Positions 38,472-50,940 of a DNA stretch of 64,000 bases are shown in pieces. The notes below the pieces were generated by a model that searched no databases, was not told where the DNA came from, and saw only the letters and a list, made by a program, of their open reading frames with translations. The position numbers and the translations under genes are program-made. The DNA is taken from assembly GCF_006345805.1 (NCBI RefSeq), contig NC_043004.1, forward strand, positions 6,634,001 to 6,698,000, given 5' to 3'. This DNA comes from Octopus sinensis. Taxonomy: Eukaryota. The stretch's first letter is position 1. The number at the start of each line of letters is the position of its first letter.

Positions 38472-39180
38472 CATCATCATCATCGTTTAGCGTCCGCTTT
38501 CCATGCTAGCATGGGTTGGACGGGTCAACTGGGGTCTGTGAAGCTGGAAGGCTTCGTCAGGCCCAGTCAGATCTGGCAGTGTTTCTACGGCTGGATGCCC
38601 TTCCTAACGCCAACCACTCCGCGAGTGTAGTGGGTGTTTTTTACGTGCCACCTGCACAGGTGCCAGACAGAGCTGGCGAACGGCCACGAACGGATGGTGC
38701 TTTTACGTGTCACCGGCACGGGGCCAGGCAATGCTGGCAACGGACACGAACGGATGGTGCTTTTACGTGCCACCGACACGGGGGCCAGCCGAGGCTGGCA
38801 ACGGACGCGAACGGATGGTGCTTTTACGTGCCACCGACACGGTTGCCAGACAGAGCTGGCAAACGGCCACGAGCGGACGGTGCTTTTACGTGTCACCGGC
38901 ACGGGGGCCAGCCGAGGCTGGCAACGGACACGAACGGATGGTGCTTTTACGTGCCACCGACACGGGGCCAGACAGAGCTGGCAAACGGCCACGAATGGAT
39001 GGTGCTTTTACGTGCCACCGACACGGGGCCAGACAGAGCTGGCAAACGGCCACGAACGGACGGTGCTTTTACGTGTCACCGGCACGGGGCCAGGCGAGGC
39101 TGGCAACGAACACGAACGGATGGTGCTTTTACGTGCCACCGACACGGGGCCAGGCAGAGCTGGCAAACGGCCACGAGCGA
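38472..39180 (-). mobile_element. Young RTE-tailed retroposon with nine 60-62-bp GC-rich tandem monomers
   Basis: 3' end ggacgctaaacgatgatgatgatg, body ggttggcgttaggaagggcatccagccgtagaaac, array 38632-39177; CpGs intact. Confidence 0.88.
38632..39177. repeat. Tandem array, 9 x ~61 bp (cggayggtgcttttacgtgycaccgrcacggggccag-N6-ctggcaa[a]cggmcacgaa)
   Basis: Unit starts at about 38632, 38691, 38751, 38812, 38874, 38935, 38996, 39057 and 39117. Confidence 0.95.
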
Positions 39181-39234
39181 AAAAATCAACCTTGGTGGAA
39201 TTTGAACTCAGAACGTAAAGAAGGACAAAATATT

Positions 39235-39404
39235 CTTTTCTACTCTGGACACAAGGCCCGAAATGTTTGGGGAGAGGGCCTGTTGATTAGATGAACCCCA
39301 GTATGCAACTGGTACTTAATTTATCGACCCTGAAAGGATGAAAGGCAAAAGTTGACCTTGGCAGAATTTGAACTCAAAACATAAAGACAGACAAACTACC
39401 AGAG
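39235..39404 (-). mobile_element. Meta-domain SINE nested in an older Meta-SINE
   Basis: ggacaaaatatt is duplicated at 39223-39234 and 39405-39416. Confidence 0.8.
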
Positions 39405-42031
39405 GGACAAAATATTGCCAAGCATTTTGCTTGGTGTGCATTGTGTTTCAGAATATCTTGAGAAAGGCTGACAGGCTACAAGTTCCTATATAAATATATA
39501 CCCAGGCCTATTCCCCATTTTATTTAGGAGGGGGTAGCCACATCAAGACACATACCAGGCATTCCATTCATTTCTCAGCTCAAAGGGGCAAGCCCTGTTC
39601 TATGCTCAGAGCAAGGCATAGAATGCAACCCCCAATATCAGCAGTAGGGCCTGACAGCATATGCTGGTTCCATACTGCTTTGAGCAACATCAAAATTCCC
39701 TCATCTGTCCACAAACAATCTCCAAGCTTTCCTATCATTTATAAACTCTCTTGCCTCTCTCACTCCAGAACCTCTCACCACCAAAGCTTTCCTCACTCCA
39801 TCCATCCACACAAACTGAAGTTTAACTACTAAAAACAACACACCTATGTACTCACATGTATATCTGTGTAGGGGTATATGTGTGTAGTAACTGTTTAACT
39901 GTAATCCTGGCTACGACATGCATATACAGGAATTAGGCTCTAAATAACCACATTTAACATAAGGGTATATCAAACATGTTTGTGTTTTTGCATAATGAAA
40001 ACAAATGCAATGATTACAAAAAAAAAAAAAAGAAAAAAAAAAGAGAGGAAAAATGAAGGGATTAAACTTCTGAAACCAAATCCCAGTCTCTCTGCAAGGA
40101 GCATGGAAAATGGATGTTAAATGATGATGATGAAGAGCTTTCTTCAGTTTTCGTCTACCAAATCCACTAACAAGACTTTGGTTGATGTGGTGCTATAGCA
40201 GAAGAGACTTGCCCAAGATGCTATGCAATGGGATTGAAACCAGAACCATGTGGTTGAGAAGGAATCTACTTACCGCACAACCATGCCTGTATTTATACAT
40301 GATAATAACTTAATCATATTGTGTGAACTTTATTGTGCTTCGTTAGTCATGTGGTGCCCCATTCCATGGCAAAATTGTATTGCATGAAACTGCTCTGAGG
40401 TGCAAAAAATGGTTAGGGACCACAGCAATCACTTCACAATCACCCCTAACTCCTTCTACAGCTACCATTACTACTGTTAAAGGGGAAGACAACCACCGTT
40501 CTCTCTGGTGAGTCATTCATTTTTACTCTGACTCTCCATACAACACTCCCATCTTCCCTCGCCTCTGAAAGTAACAGGTCCCACATGTATGTCAAGTTAT
40601 TTTAAGTGAAGGCGCGCACACGCGGCGCATTGGTGTTTGTGTGGGCTGTGCTGTGTTTTGTTTATCTGTACTCCAGAGGGAACAGAAATGTCAGCAATAG
40701 TTTTCAAATTCAAACTAAACTGAACTTGAATAACTTATCAAAGAAAATAAAATAAAATGTTAAAAAATAATAAAAAAAACAAAACCCAGCAAATACATAA
40801 AAGAATCGATACTTCTATCAATGAATGGTAGGACGGTTGTATTTACTTTTCTTTTAGAAACTAGCGGCAGTTCAATATTGCTTTGGTTTATATATATATA
40901 TATATATGGATATGGATATGTGTGTGTGTGTGTGTGTGCATATGTGTGTATGCATACAGATAGATAGATATTTAGATTGGTAGATATATATATAATGTAT
41001 ATATACATACATATACACATACATGCATATACATGTAACACACATACACAAACATATACATACACAAACCAGAGATGGACCAAGAGAAAGAAAAAGAAAT
41101 AAAGAGAATTAGAAGAGGGCAGAGAGAGAGAGAGAGAGAGAGGGGGAGGGAGGGAGAGAAGGAAGGAGGGAGAGAGAGAGAAAGAGAGTCAGGAAATAAC
41201 TAAAAGCTATGATCCACTATTGGTAGGCAAGACCATTTTTTAAAGGTGTGTAGAAGTTGTTTCAATACATAATAGTGGAGACTAGTGAATATAACATACA
41301 CACACACAATGTATAGTTGAAGTTAATCTGTCCATGAATCAGAGGGATCTCTCCCCCACCCCCCATTGTTCAACTGCAGTATTAGTCTGAACAAGAAATG
41401 ATGATGCTAAGTCAACTGCAAATGTTATTTCCCCGGAAAAAGCTTGATGCCAAGTCGCAATGGCAAGGAGATTTGAGGACAATTAAGTTAATTATTTCTT
41501 TCTTCATTTCATTCACTCATTTATTTATTCCTCCAGTATATAATCCAAAGAAGAAAAAGGCAAAGCAATGCAAACCTTCCCTGAGACTTGTGGTGGCGGT
41601 GGACACAGTTGGTACTTTAACCTGGTACTTTAGGCAGTGAATTGATGATGGTGAACTTACTGGACATGACCATATTCACTAACAAGGCATTGGTTGGCCC
41701 AGGGCTATAGCAGAAGACACTTGCCCAAGGTACTGTATACTAGGACTAAACCCCACACCCTATGATTGGAAAAGTGACTTCTTAATCATTCAGCTATGTT
41801 AAATGTTAGCTAAAATATTTATAACGTAAATAAGCTGCTCCATTTCACATATGTGAAGAATACTCTGATGTGGATCAGATTTGCACCTTGTATCATAAAA
41901 TCAACTATTGTTGAGCAATGAAGCGTTTTGTCTGAACCTCATCTAACCCCAGAAAAAACAAACTTTGTTGATTAATCTTTGGCTATGTTATTGATATGGA
42001 ATATTGCTAGCTATAGAATTTCTCAATTTGT

Positions 42032-42440
42032 AGCTGGCCGTGTGATTAAGAAGCTTGCTGCCCAACTATGGGGTCATAGGCTCAGTCTTGCTGCATGGCA
42101 CCTGGAACAGGTGCTTCCTATAATAAAAAAAACCTTGCGAGTTGATTTGGTAGACAGAAGCTAAAAGTAGCCTTTCGTGTGTGTGTGTGTGTGGTGTGTG
42201 TGTGTTTGTCTTAACATTATCTGATAGTTGTTAATGTGTGTCACTGTCATACAAGCAGTGTCAATCATTTCCATTAATTCTGTGGAAACTCATCTGGCCA
42301 TGTGGAAATATTACCTTTTTTGGAAACAGGTAAAGGTTGGTAACAGCAAGGGCATTCAGCTGTAGAAAATCTGCTTCAATAAACTCCATCTGGCCCACAC
42401 AAGTATGACAAAGAGGACGTTAAAATGATGATGATGATGA
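42032..42440 (+). mobile_element. CORE-head SINE with RTE-like tail
   Basis: ggccgtgtgattaagaagcttgc...gatttggtagacagaa...aagggcattcagctgtagaaaatctgc...ggacgttaaaatgatgatg. Confidence 0.8.
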
Positions 42441-42449
42441 TCTCATGGA

Positions 42450-42880
42450 CCCTTTTGAATGAGATTAGCTTATCATCTTCCTATTTTGGAAAATGTTTTC
42501 AAGGTCTCTATTCAACAGCAGTACATGTTTCGAGTGATGGTGTCTATCTATCTCAGAAGCTTATCAATGATAGGCTGTGTGGGAGAGGTTACACAGTAGT
42601 GAAGAGTGATATCATACGTAGAGGAAAGTGTAAAATTAGAAGCGACAGTGAAAAATTTATTTATAAATAGAAAGAACAGTGTAGGTGTCGTAAACTAACC
42701 AAACCTTAAACTGCACTAAGTGTTAAGAAAATGTGGGTTGAAGGGAGTTCCGTTGACACAGACATATGTGTTGTGATGCTGGTCTCCCAAGACATTGCTG
42801 ATTCCAAACTGAGAGATAGGTGAGCTGCAACTAGACAACTTTCCAGAAGATTCTTGTGTTGTCCTGTTAATGATATCCAT
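42450..42880 (-). pseudogene. Probable degraded Penelope-like RT fragment
   Basis: Minus strand ...PSTHIFLTLSAV (cf. L.LTLN.F), NFTLSST, and a downstream ...ANSFKR-like C-terminal segment; heavily decayed. Confidence 0.3.
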
Positions 42881-42892
42881 GTGTGTATATAT

Positions 42893-43110
42893 AAGAAGGG
42901 GTGCTGACAAGTTCCTGGCTTTGGGTAAAAGAATAAAAAAAAGGAGGAGCAGTTAATTATGATTTTATTCAACTTATTCCCCTCTCAGATTTACACAGTT
43001 ATTGCATTGGTCCTCCAGTTTTTCTAAGCCCTGTGAAAAAACTCAAAAGGTTGGGCCTCCAACCCTTTCGTGACACCCTTAAAGCCAGGAATTTTTCATC
43101 ACCACCTCAT
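42893..43110 (-). mobile_element. Non-autonomous mariner MITE (same family as 38206-38411)
   Basis: TIRs gggggtgctgacaagttcctggcttt-like / aaagccaggaatttttcatcaccacctcata; internal reverse complement of the CVNLRG segment. Confidence 0.8.
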
Positions 43111-43667
43111 AGGCAATTCATACACACACACAATATACAGACATAGACATATTTAGACATATGTTCACAGGCACATATAAAGACATGCATACACATGTAC
43201 ATTGATACACACACATACACAAACGCATATATGCAAGCACAGACATACACAAGTACATGCACATTTTCACATACACAGATACATACACACTCATATATAC
43301 ATGCATACTGACACACACACATGCATACATTTTCACTGACTCCTTAGCTGGAAATGGCTACATACTTTAAAACTAGTATTAAATGTACTCTTCTTTTGTT
43401 ATAGTAACCCTGCACAGCTGCTGCTATTACTCTTACCACACTACGTGCGTGTGTGTTTTTATCCAATAAAAGTTGAAGGCTAAAGACCCGTTTGCAGTGA
43501 AATGACTACAATTTCCCACTGTCCTCATAAATTCCACTTTTTCACACACACACACACACACACACAACATTATGGCCTTCACTCCCAATTAACAATAACT
43601 TAGGTATCAATACACACCATGCTTTTACTAATGTTTGTTCTTTTAGCTACCCATCTAAAAGTCAGTG

Positions 43668-44252
43668 GAGGTGCATGGCTAAGTGGTTAGAGTGTTGGAC
43701 TTGTGATCGTAAGATTGTGGTTTCGATTCCTGGACCAGGCAATGTGTTGTGTTCTTAAGCAAAACACTTCATTTCATGTTGCTCCAGTCCACTCAGCTGG
43801 CAAAAATGAGTAATCCTACGATGGATCGGTGTCCTGTCCAGGGAGGAATATATGGGCCAGAGAAATCTGGAAACCAACCCTATGTTCCTTAAAAGAAGTA
43901 GTCTGTGTGGTAAGAAGCTTGCTTCCTGACCACATGTTCTGGGTTCAGTCCCACTATGTGGCACCTTGGGCTGACCAAAGCCTTGTGAGTGGATTTGGTA
44001 GACAGAAACTGAAAGAAACCCATAGTATATCTATCTATATAAATATATATATGTGTGTGTGTCTTTGTACCTGTTTGTCCCCCACCATCACTTGAGACGG
44101 GATATTAGTGTGTTTACGTTCCCATAACTTAGCGGTTCAGCAAAAGAGCCCGATAGAATAAGTACCAGGCCTATAAAGAATACGTCCTGGGTTTGATTTC
44201 TTTGACTAAAAGGCGGTACTCCAGCATGGCTGCAGTCAAACGACAAACAAAT
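43668..44252 (+). mobile_element. CORE SINE second family (43668-43890) followed by a full-length family A SINE (43900-44252)
   Basis: ggtttcgattcc B box, gttgctccagtccactcagctgg, cgatggatcggtgtcctgtccaggg; then gtggtaagaagcttgcttcc...cagcatggctgcagtcaaacgac. Confidence 0.82.
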
Positions 44253-44324
44253 AAAAAAATTAACCATTCCAAAATGAGCAGATACATATACTCTCACACC
44301 CCTCTTACACTTGACTGGCACTTG

Positions 44325-44468
44325 GGTACTTGATTTTATCTATCATGGGAGCATGAAAGGCAAAGTGGATCTTTGCGAGATTTGAACTCAGTATGTAAAG
44401 AGTGAGAAAAAATGCTACACAGGGCATATTTTTGACTGATGCTCTAACAATTCTGCCAAATCACCTCC
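44325..44468 (-). mobile_element. Meta-domain SINE 5' part
   Basis: atgaaaggcaaagtggatctttgcgagatttgaactcag...ctaacaattctgcc. Confidence 0.65.
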
Positions 44469-45352
44469 ATGGTTGATGGTATATGGTTCACTAAATGCAA
44501 CTGCAGACAATGAATGCATCCGTAATTCTTAAACAAAAGCCTGGCACTGTTTCAGTCTGGCAAGCATCAGAGATCCTGTGGTGTTTTGCCTGCAAGTTGT
44601 ACAGATTTTTTTTTTTTTTTTTTTTATTTATCTAAATGTTTCCCTGTCTTTTTTGCTTTTCTTGTGAAGAGAAATAGAGAAAATGAGGGAGAGAGAGAGA
44701 GAGAGATGAAAGAGACTGAGAACAACAGAAGACAGTTTAAGGGAGAGTGAAAGATACAAGAGATAGAGAAGGACAGAAGGTTAAGTGAGCAAGACAAAAA
44801 AAAGGAAAGGGGGGGAGAATAGAAACAGAGACAGAAAGATATGGGGAGGGGAGGGATAGTTGCAGGGAGGAGAGGCTGGGGGTGTAATTTAAAAAAAAGA
44901 AAATCCAGATAGAAATCAAAACGAAATAAAAGAATAATGAAGAGTACAACCCAAGGAAAGAAAAAAAAAAACCAACATGAAAAAAAAAAACAAAACAGGA
45001 GGAAAAGATAGTGTAACTGAGGGGAGGGGAATATATATACATGATGCAGAAAGATTTGAATTTCAGACAGATGCCAGTGGGTGAATGTAAAGCCGGGGGG
45101 GGGGGGAGAGGATTGAAAATGATAAAAAAAAATAAAAAAAGAAATAAATGAAAAGGAAAGGAAAAGGAAAAGGAGGTATGTTAGTTTGTAGAAAGGAGAA
45201 GAGATATCTTATGTTTCAAGCAGAGTGTAAAATGTAATGTCCTATTTTTCAACCTTCAGAAAATCTTAATTAACTCTATCAAAGGGAAAACAAACAAATA
45301 AATAAAAATAAGTAAATGAAATAAATAAATAAAATTAAATCCCCCCTCCTTC

Positions 45353-46251
45353 TGTATATATATATATATATATATAAATAAACATATATATATAAATAAA
45401 TATATACATACATACATACATATATATATAAATATATATATATATACATACATACATATATAAATATATATAAATAAATATATATATACATATATACATA
45501 CATATATAAATATATATATATATACATACATACATACATACATATATAAATATATATATATATATACATACATACATATATAAATATATATATATATATA
45601 CATACATACATATATAAATATATATATATATACATACATACATATATAATATATATATACATACATACATACATAAATATATATATACATACATACATAC
45701 ATAAATATATATATACATACATACATACATAAATATATATATACATACATACATACATAAATATATATATACATACATACATACATAAATATATATATAC
45801 ATACATATATAAATATATATATACATACATACATATATAAATATATATATACATACATATATTATATATATATATATATATATACATACATATATAAATA
45901 AATATATATATACATACATATATAAATAAATATATATATACATACATATATAAATAAATATATATATACATACATATATAAATAAATATATATATACATA
46001 CATATATAAATAAATATATATATATACATACATATATAAATAAATATATACATACATATATAAATAAATATATACATACATATATAAATAAATATATACA
46101 TACATATATAAATAAATATATACATACATATATAAATAAATATATACATACATACATATATAAATAAATATATACATACATACATATATAAATAAATATA
46201 TACATACATATATAAATAAATATATACATACATATATAAATAAATATATAT

Positions 46252-46284
<33 letters not shown>

Positions 46285-46358
46285 TATAAATATATATATA
46301 TAGATACATAGATAGATCTCTGTATTTGTGTGTGTATATATATATGTATGCATGTGTG

Positions 46359-46392
<34 letters not shown>

Positions 46393-46437
46393 CATGTATA
46401 TGTGTATATATATATATATACATACATACACACACAC
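45353..46437. repeat. ~1.08-kb mosaic (TA)n/(TACA)n/(TAAA)n microsatellite
   Basis: Directly visible; no G on the plus strand over roughly 45356-46303. Confidence 0.97.
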
Positions 46438-46608
46438 GCATGGTGGCTGAATACTTTAGAATGTAGTGTATAGTTAAGCTGTTTTCTTCAATCCTTCAAG
46501 GTCGTTCATATTATGACTGTGTGTCTCTCACACGTTTGCTATACACACAATACATCAACTGAAAAGAAAATCAGTTTTTCTTTCAAATTGAAATAGGCTT
46601 AGGCTTAC

Positions 46609-46656
46609 AGGTGGAAGAAAACCACGTTGAAAAGGATGTTTAGCGAGCTTCGACAT
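46609..46656 (-). CDS. Candidate first coding exon MSKLAKHPFQRGFLPP (phase-0 donor)
   Basis: ATG at 46656, 16 codons to CCT|gtaagc; upstream acceptor tatatttttag| at 46698 would give an 89-nt exon; local CpG cluster 46437-46870. Confidence 0.35.
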
Positions 46657-46996
46657 TTAAGAGATACTGGGAAATTTTTAATAAATATATTGGCTTCCTA
46701 AAAATATAAGTCATCTGAGGAGATATTTCGATTTTCAAGGAAAATTAAGAGAAAACAGGAAAAATAGACTAATTGAAATATCATAGGGATCAACATTTCT
46801 GAGTAATTTAAGAAAAAAAAAAGAAGAAAAAATTGAAGAAACAGAAAGCATATAAGTATCGAGCGTTTTCTAATTACTTTTCTTGAGAATAAAAGTGGAA
46901 AATATTATACAATTATTTTTTAAAAAAGTAATTAAAAAAAAATCTTTGGAAATGTTAATGGAATGGAGAAACTTTTAAGAGACTGTTTATCAAAAT

Positions 46997-47118
46997 ATCA
47001 TCATCATCATCCCCATCACTATCACATCTTTCATCATCACCATCAACATCAGCTTCATCATTATCTTTGTCATCACCATCACCTTCATCATCATCATCAT
47101 CATCACTACCACCATTAC
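46997..47118. repeat. (CAT)n/(CAC)n degenerate trinucleotide repeat
   Basis: Directly visible. Confidence 0.9.
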
Positions 47119-47482
47119 CAGTTTTAACAAGCTTTTTACCCCATGTCTACCATATTGTGATTCCTCTCAATCCCTTCTTATTTCATACACAGGGCCCAAC
47201 ATTTTGAGATCTGATCTCACCACCTTTCCCCCATATATTCCTCTGCCACAAATATTCTCCTCTTACAATACAATACGTTTCTCACCCACCGCTCCTCTGT
47301 GTACAGCACATAAATGTCTCTCCTGTTACTTCAAACTAATAATACAGGTTAAGACTAGCTTCAGTAAGATTCAACTACTTTCAAAACTTGGCAATTGTCC
47401 TTCTCTGATGTATTTCATTTGATTTTATAACATGATACTTCTGCACAAGATATTGGAGGCTAACATCTCCATGTGTTATCTA

Positions 47483-47861
47483 CAAAGGTTCTCATCAGGG
47501 GCCATTTGGAGCTTGAGGGGGGGGGGGCATTTTGGAGCAAAGGGGCTCTCTTGCACCAAAGAGCACTCTTTCGATAGACAACACATTAATCTCATAAGTG
47601 TTGTGTGGTGGAAATAAATGCAATTACCAAACTTTCAATTCATCATTTCATTTCTTTTTTTGTATTTCAATTTGTACATATGTACTCCCAACTGTGTACA
47701 AGCACATGTGTAAAACAATGTCCTTTATTTTTTAATCATTGTTTGCTGATATCAAAATAAGTAGTATATTGAAAAATAAAAATATTTTCGGTGGGGGGAG
47801 GGCATTTGTGACTCCAAGGGTCAAAAGAGGACCTTTGGCCAAAATGGGTTGAGAACCTTTG
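47483..47861. mobile_element. hAT (Charlie-like) MITE
   Basis: Perfect 12-bp TIRs CAAAGGTTCTCA / TGAGAACCTTTG; the 8-bp flanks match only imperfectly. Confidence 0.6.
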
Positions 47862-48334
47862 GTTTATACAATGAGTCTATAAAGTCCCTACTTATTTTGA
47901 CAGAAACAGTTATATAGTATGCAACACATTCTGATTACTTTTGTTAAGAACAAATGTTTCCTTTTTTGAAATCCTTAGAATGGATATAGAGTATTGCATA
48001 GCAGTACTGGGCAATCACTCTAAACAAAGATAGCAAAAAGCAATGACATCAAAAATAATTTTGAAAGGACTTTTAGTAAAGTATCACAAGCAAATAAGAA
48101 AATACATGTATGTATATGCGTGTGCCTGTGTCTATATATGTATCCATATCTACACATCACCTGAGGGTTTTAAGTGAGCATAACCATCATACAGGTGATA
48201 TTGTTCATTTCCAGTCTTCCATGGAAAACATGTCTGGCTATGGGAAAATATTACCTTGCATTGGGGCCTGACATAGCTCAGTGCATTGGACACTCTCAAA
48301 CTGTCCAGCATGTAAAATGGATGTTAAATAGTGT

Positions 48335-48543
48335 TAAATTTTGGCACAAAACCAGGGTGTCCTGGGGAAGGGGCTAGCCAATTACATCAACCCCAGGGCA
48401 CAACCGGTATTTATCTAATTGACCCCGAAAGGATGAAAGACAAAGTCAACGATGGCAGAATCTGAACTCAAGATGTAAAGACGGATGAATTGTCACTAAG
48501 TATTTCACCTGGCATTCTAATGATTCTGTCAGCTTACTACCTT
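48335..48543 (-). mobile_element. Meta-domain SINE
   Basis: gaccccgaaaggatgaaagacaaagtcaac...tgaactcaag; flanked by near-duplicated taaaatggawgttaaat. Confidence 0.78.
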
Positions 48544-48967
48544 AAAATGGAAGTTAAATTATAACGATAGGTGAGGATTGGCAACAGGAAGGGTATCTGG
48601 TTGTAGAAAATCTGCCTCAATAAAGTCCATCCGACCCAAGCAAGTATGGAGAAATGGACATCAAAACTGACAATGCTGATGAAGTCTATGAAACAAGGAT
48701 TACGTTTCTAGATGACTAATGTGAACATTTAAAAACTGCTACAGATAATATAACAAACACTACAAATGTTTTAGGATGAGGTTAGAAACAGTGCTAAAAA
48801 AATATTTGAGCTACTGATGTCTCCTCTTGAAACTTGAAGTTGTTACTAATCTTTCATGACATATTTAAAATTTTTAATAATTTCAGTGTGTTTCATTGAA
48901 ATAGATAGCGACACAAATAGCATTGCAGCTCAAATACACAATCAGAACTTCTTAAAGGGAACAAATT

Positions 48968-49235
48968 ATGTGGTTCAGGAGCTTGTTTTGCAATCATGTG
49001 GTTTTAGGTTCAGTTCCACTACATAGCACAAGGGGCAAATGTCTTGTACTATAGTTCCAGGTCACCCACTGCTTATGAGCGAATTTAGTAGATGGAAACT
49101 GTGTGAAACCCTACTTTGAGTGTGTCTGTGTGTGTGTGCACACGTGTGCATCTTTGTGTTTCCCCACTTGATGACCAGTGTTGGTTTGTTTGCATCCCCA
49201 TAACTTAGCAGTTCAGCAAAAGATAACAATAGAAT
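48968..49235 (+). mobile_element. CORE-type SINE family A, 3' interrupted
   Basis: gtggttcaggagcttg...ggttcagttccact...taacttagcagttcagcaaaaga. Confidence 0.75.
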
Positions 49236-49242
49236 AGAATGA

Positions 49243-49939
49243 TTTCAAATTTTGGCACAAGGCCAGGAATTTCAGGGCAGTGGGTATGTCGATTACACTG
49301 ACCCCAGTACTCAACTGGTACTTATTTCATCAACATCAAAAGGATGAAAGGCAAAGTAGACCTTGGCAGAATTTGAACTCTGAACACAAAGACTGACAAA
49401 ATGCTGCTAAGCATTTTGCATGGCGTGCTAACAATTCTGCCAGCCTTAATGATAATAATAATAATAATCCTTTCCACTATAGGCACAAGGCAGTCGATTA
49501 CATTGATCCAGTATATTACTGGTACTTAATTATCAACCCTGAAAGGATGAAACGCAAAGTTGGCCTTGGCGGAATTTGAACTCAGAATGTAAAGACAGAC
49601 AAAAAACCGCTAAGCATTTCACCTGGCATGCTAACGTTTCTGCTAGCTCACTACCTTAATAATAATAATGATAATAATAATAATAATCCTTTCTACTATA
49701 GGCACAAAGCCTGGAATTTGAGGGAAGGGAGATAGTTGATCACATTGATCCCAGTGTTTCACTGGTACTTAATTTATCAACCCCGAAAGGATGAAAGGCA
49801 AAGTTGACTTTAGTGAAATTTGAACTCAGAATCTGAAGCGAGATGAAATGCCACTAAGCATTTTGCTCAGCATGCTAACAATTCTGCCAGCTCATGCCTT
49901 AATAATAATAATAATAATAATAATAATGATAATAATAAT
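49243..49939 (-). mobile_element. Three head-to-tail Meta-domain SINEs separated by (TAA)n
   Basis: Copies at about 49243-49447, 49467-49657 and 49686-49901, each with aaaggatgaaa.gcaaagt...aatttgaactc. Confidence 0.9.
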
Positions 49940-50574
49940 AAAAGCGGCATGTGTTCTTGTAGTTAGTAGCATATGGTCCTACATCAGAAAATCCATTAGA
50001 TATATACTGAAACCAATGTTTTCTATCACCAAAAACCTGTCAAAATTACTCATTGTATTTACTGGCTGTTGTCAACCAATCTCAATATACAACACAGAAA
50101 ATTTCAATAAAAAATAATTCAGCCAAGTTACAAAACAGATTAGCGAGTAGCTTTTGTATCAACTAGTGCTGGTGGTAGTAGTAGTAGTAATAATTGTAGT
50201 AGTAATTGTAGTAGTAGTGGCAGTTGCTGTTGTTGGTTGGCATTAGGCCATCACTGATTGATCAGACCTATGATTAAAAGCTCTCCAGTCACGATCAATC
50301 ATTCTCTCTTTTGTATGCTCTGGAGTACATTGTCTCATGTCTCCTTTTTCATTTTTTCTAAGCAGCCAAATGTCCTTGAACTTCCACCCAATAGGGTTGA
50401 AGATTTGGCTGCTATTTCTAACAGATCATACAACTTCACAGAGGCTGTTTCGTTGGTTTAAGAAGTGGTTATTGAGTGTTTTCAACAAAAAAGGCAGCAG
50501 GGTATGAACCTTTTAAAGATGCACTTTTAAGTTGATTGCATACAATCGACTGTTTTTGTAGCAAAAATTGTATC

Positions 50575-50940
50575 CTTTGTCTTTTAGTTGTTTCAGTTTG
50601 TGGCCATTCTGGGGCACTGTCTTGGGTTTATTCAGACAAATCAATCGCAAAACTTGTTCTTCAGTTTGGTACTTATTCTATCAATTTTTTTTTTTTGCCA
50701 AAACACTAAGTTACAAAGATATAAATAAACAAGCTTTGATTGTCAAGCGGTAGCAGGGGAGACAAAGACACATACAAACATGACAGGCTTCCACACAGTT
50801 TCCACCTACCAAATTCACTCACAAGGTATTGGTTGATGCATGGCTGTAGTAGATGACACTGGTCCAAGGTACTGCATAGTGGGACTGAACCCAAAACCCT
50901 GTGGCTGCAACGTAAGCTATCTAACCACACAGCCACGCCT
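50575..50940 (-). mobile_element. CORE-type SINE family A, full length
   Basis: aggcgtggctgtgtggttagatagc...gggttcagtcccactatgcagtaccttgg on the minus strand. Confidence 0.82.

Noticed and set aside
38632-39177. CRISPR-like array
   Set aside because: No unique spacers (whole units repeat), eukaryotic context, no cas genes
38516-39294. 135-229 aa ORFs in several frames
   Set aside because: Read-through of a GC-rich tandem array with unit lengths of 60-62 bp that do not preserve frame; all three plus frames are open
45256-46441. 200-384 aa minus-strand ORFs (YIYM-rich)
   Set aside because: Pure microsatellite translation that happens to lack stop codons on that strand
46559-46608. 50-nt minus-strand intron joining the 46.6-kb exon to an acceptor at 46559
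   Set aside because: Very short intron, and the joined frame stops after 15 codons; not supported without reads
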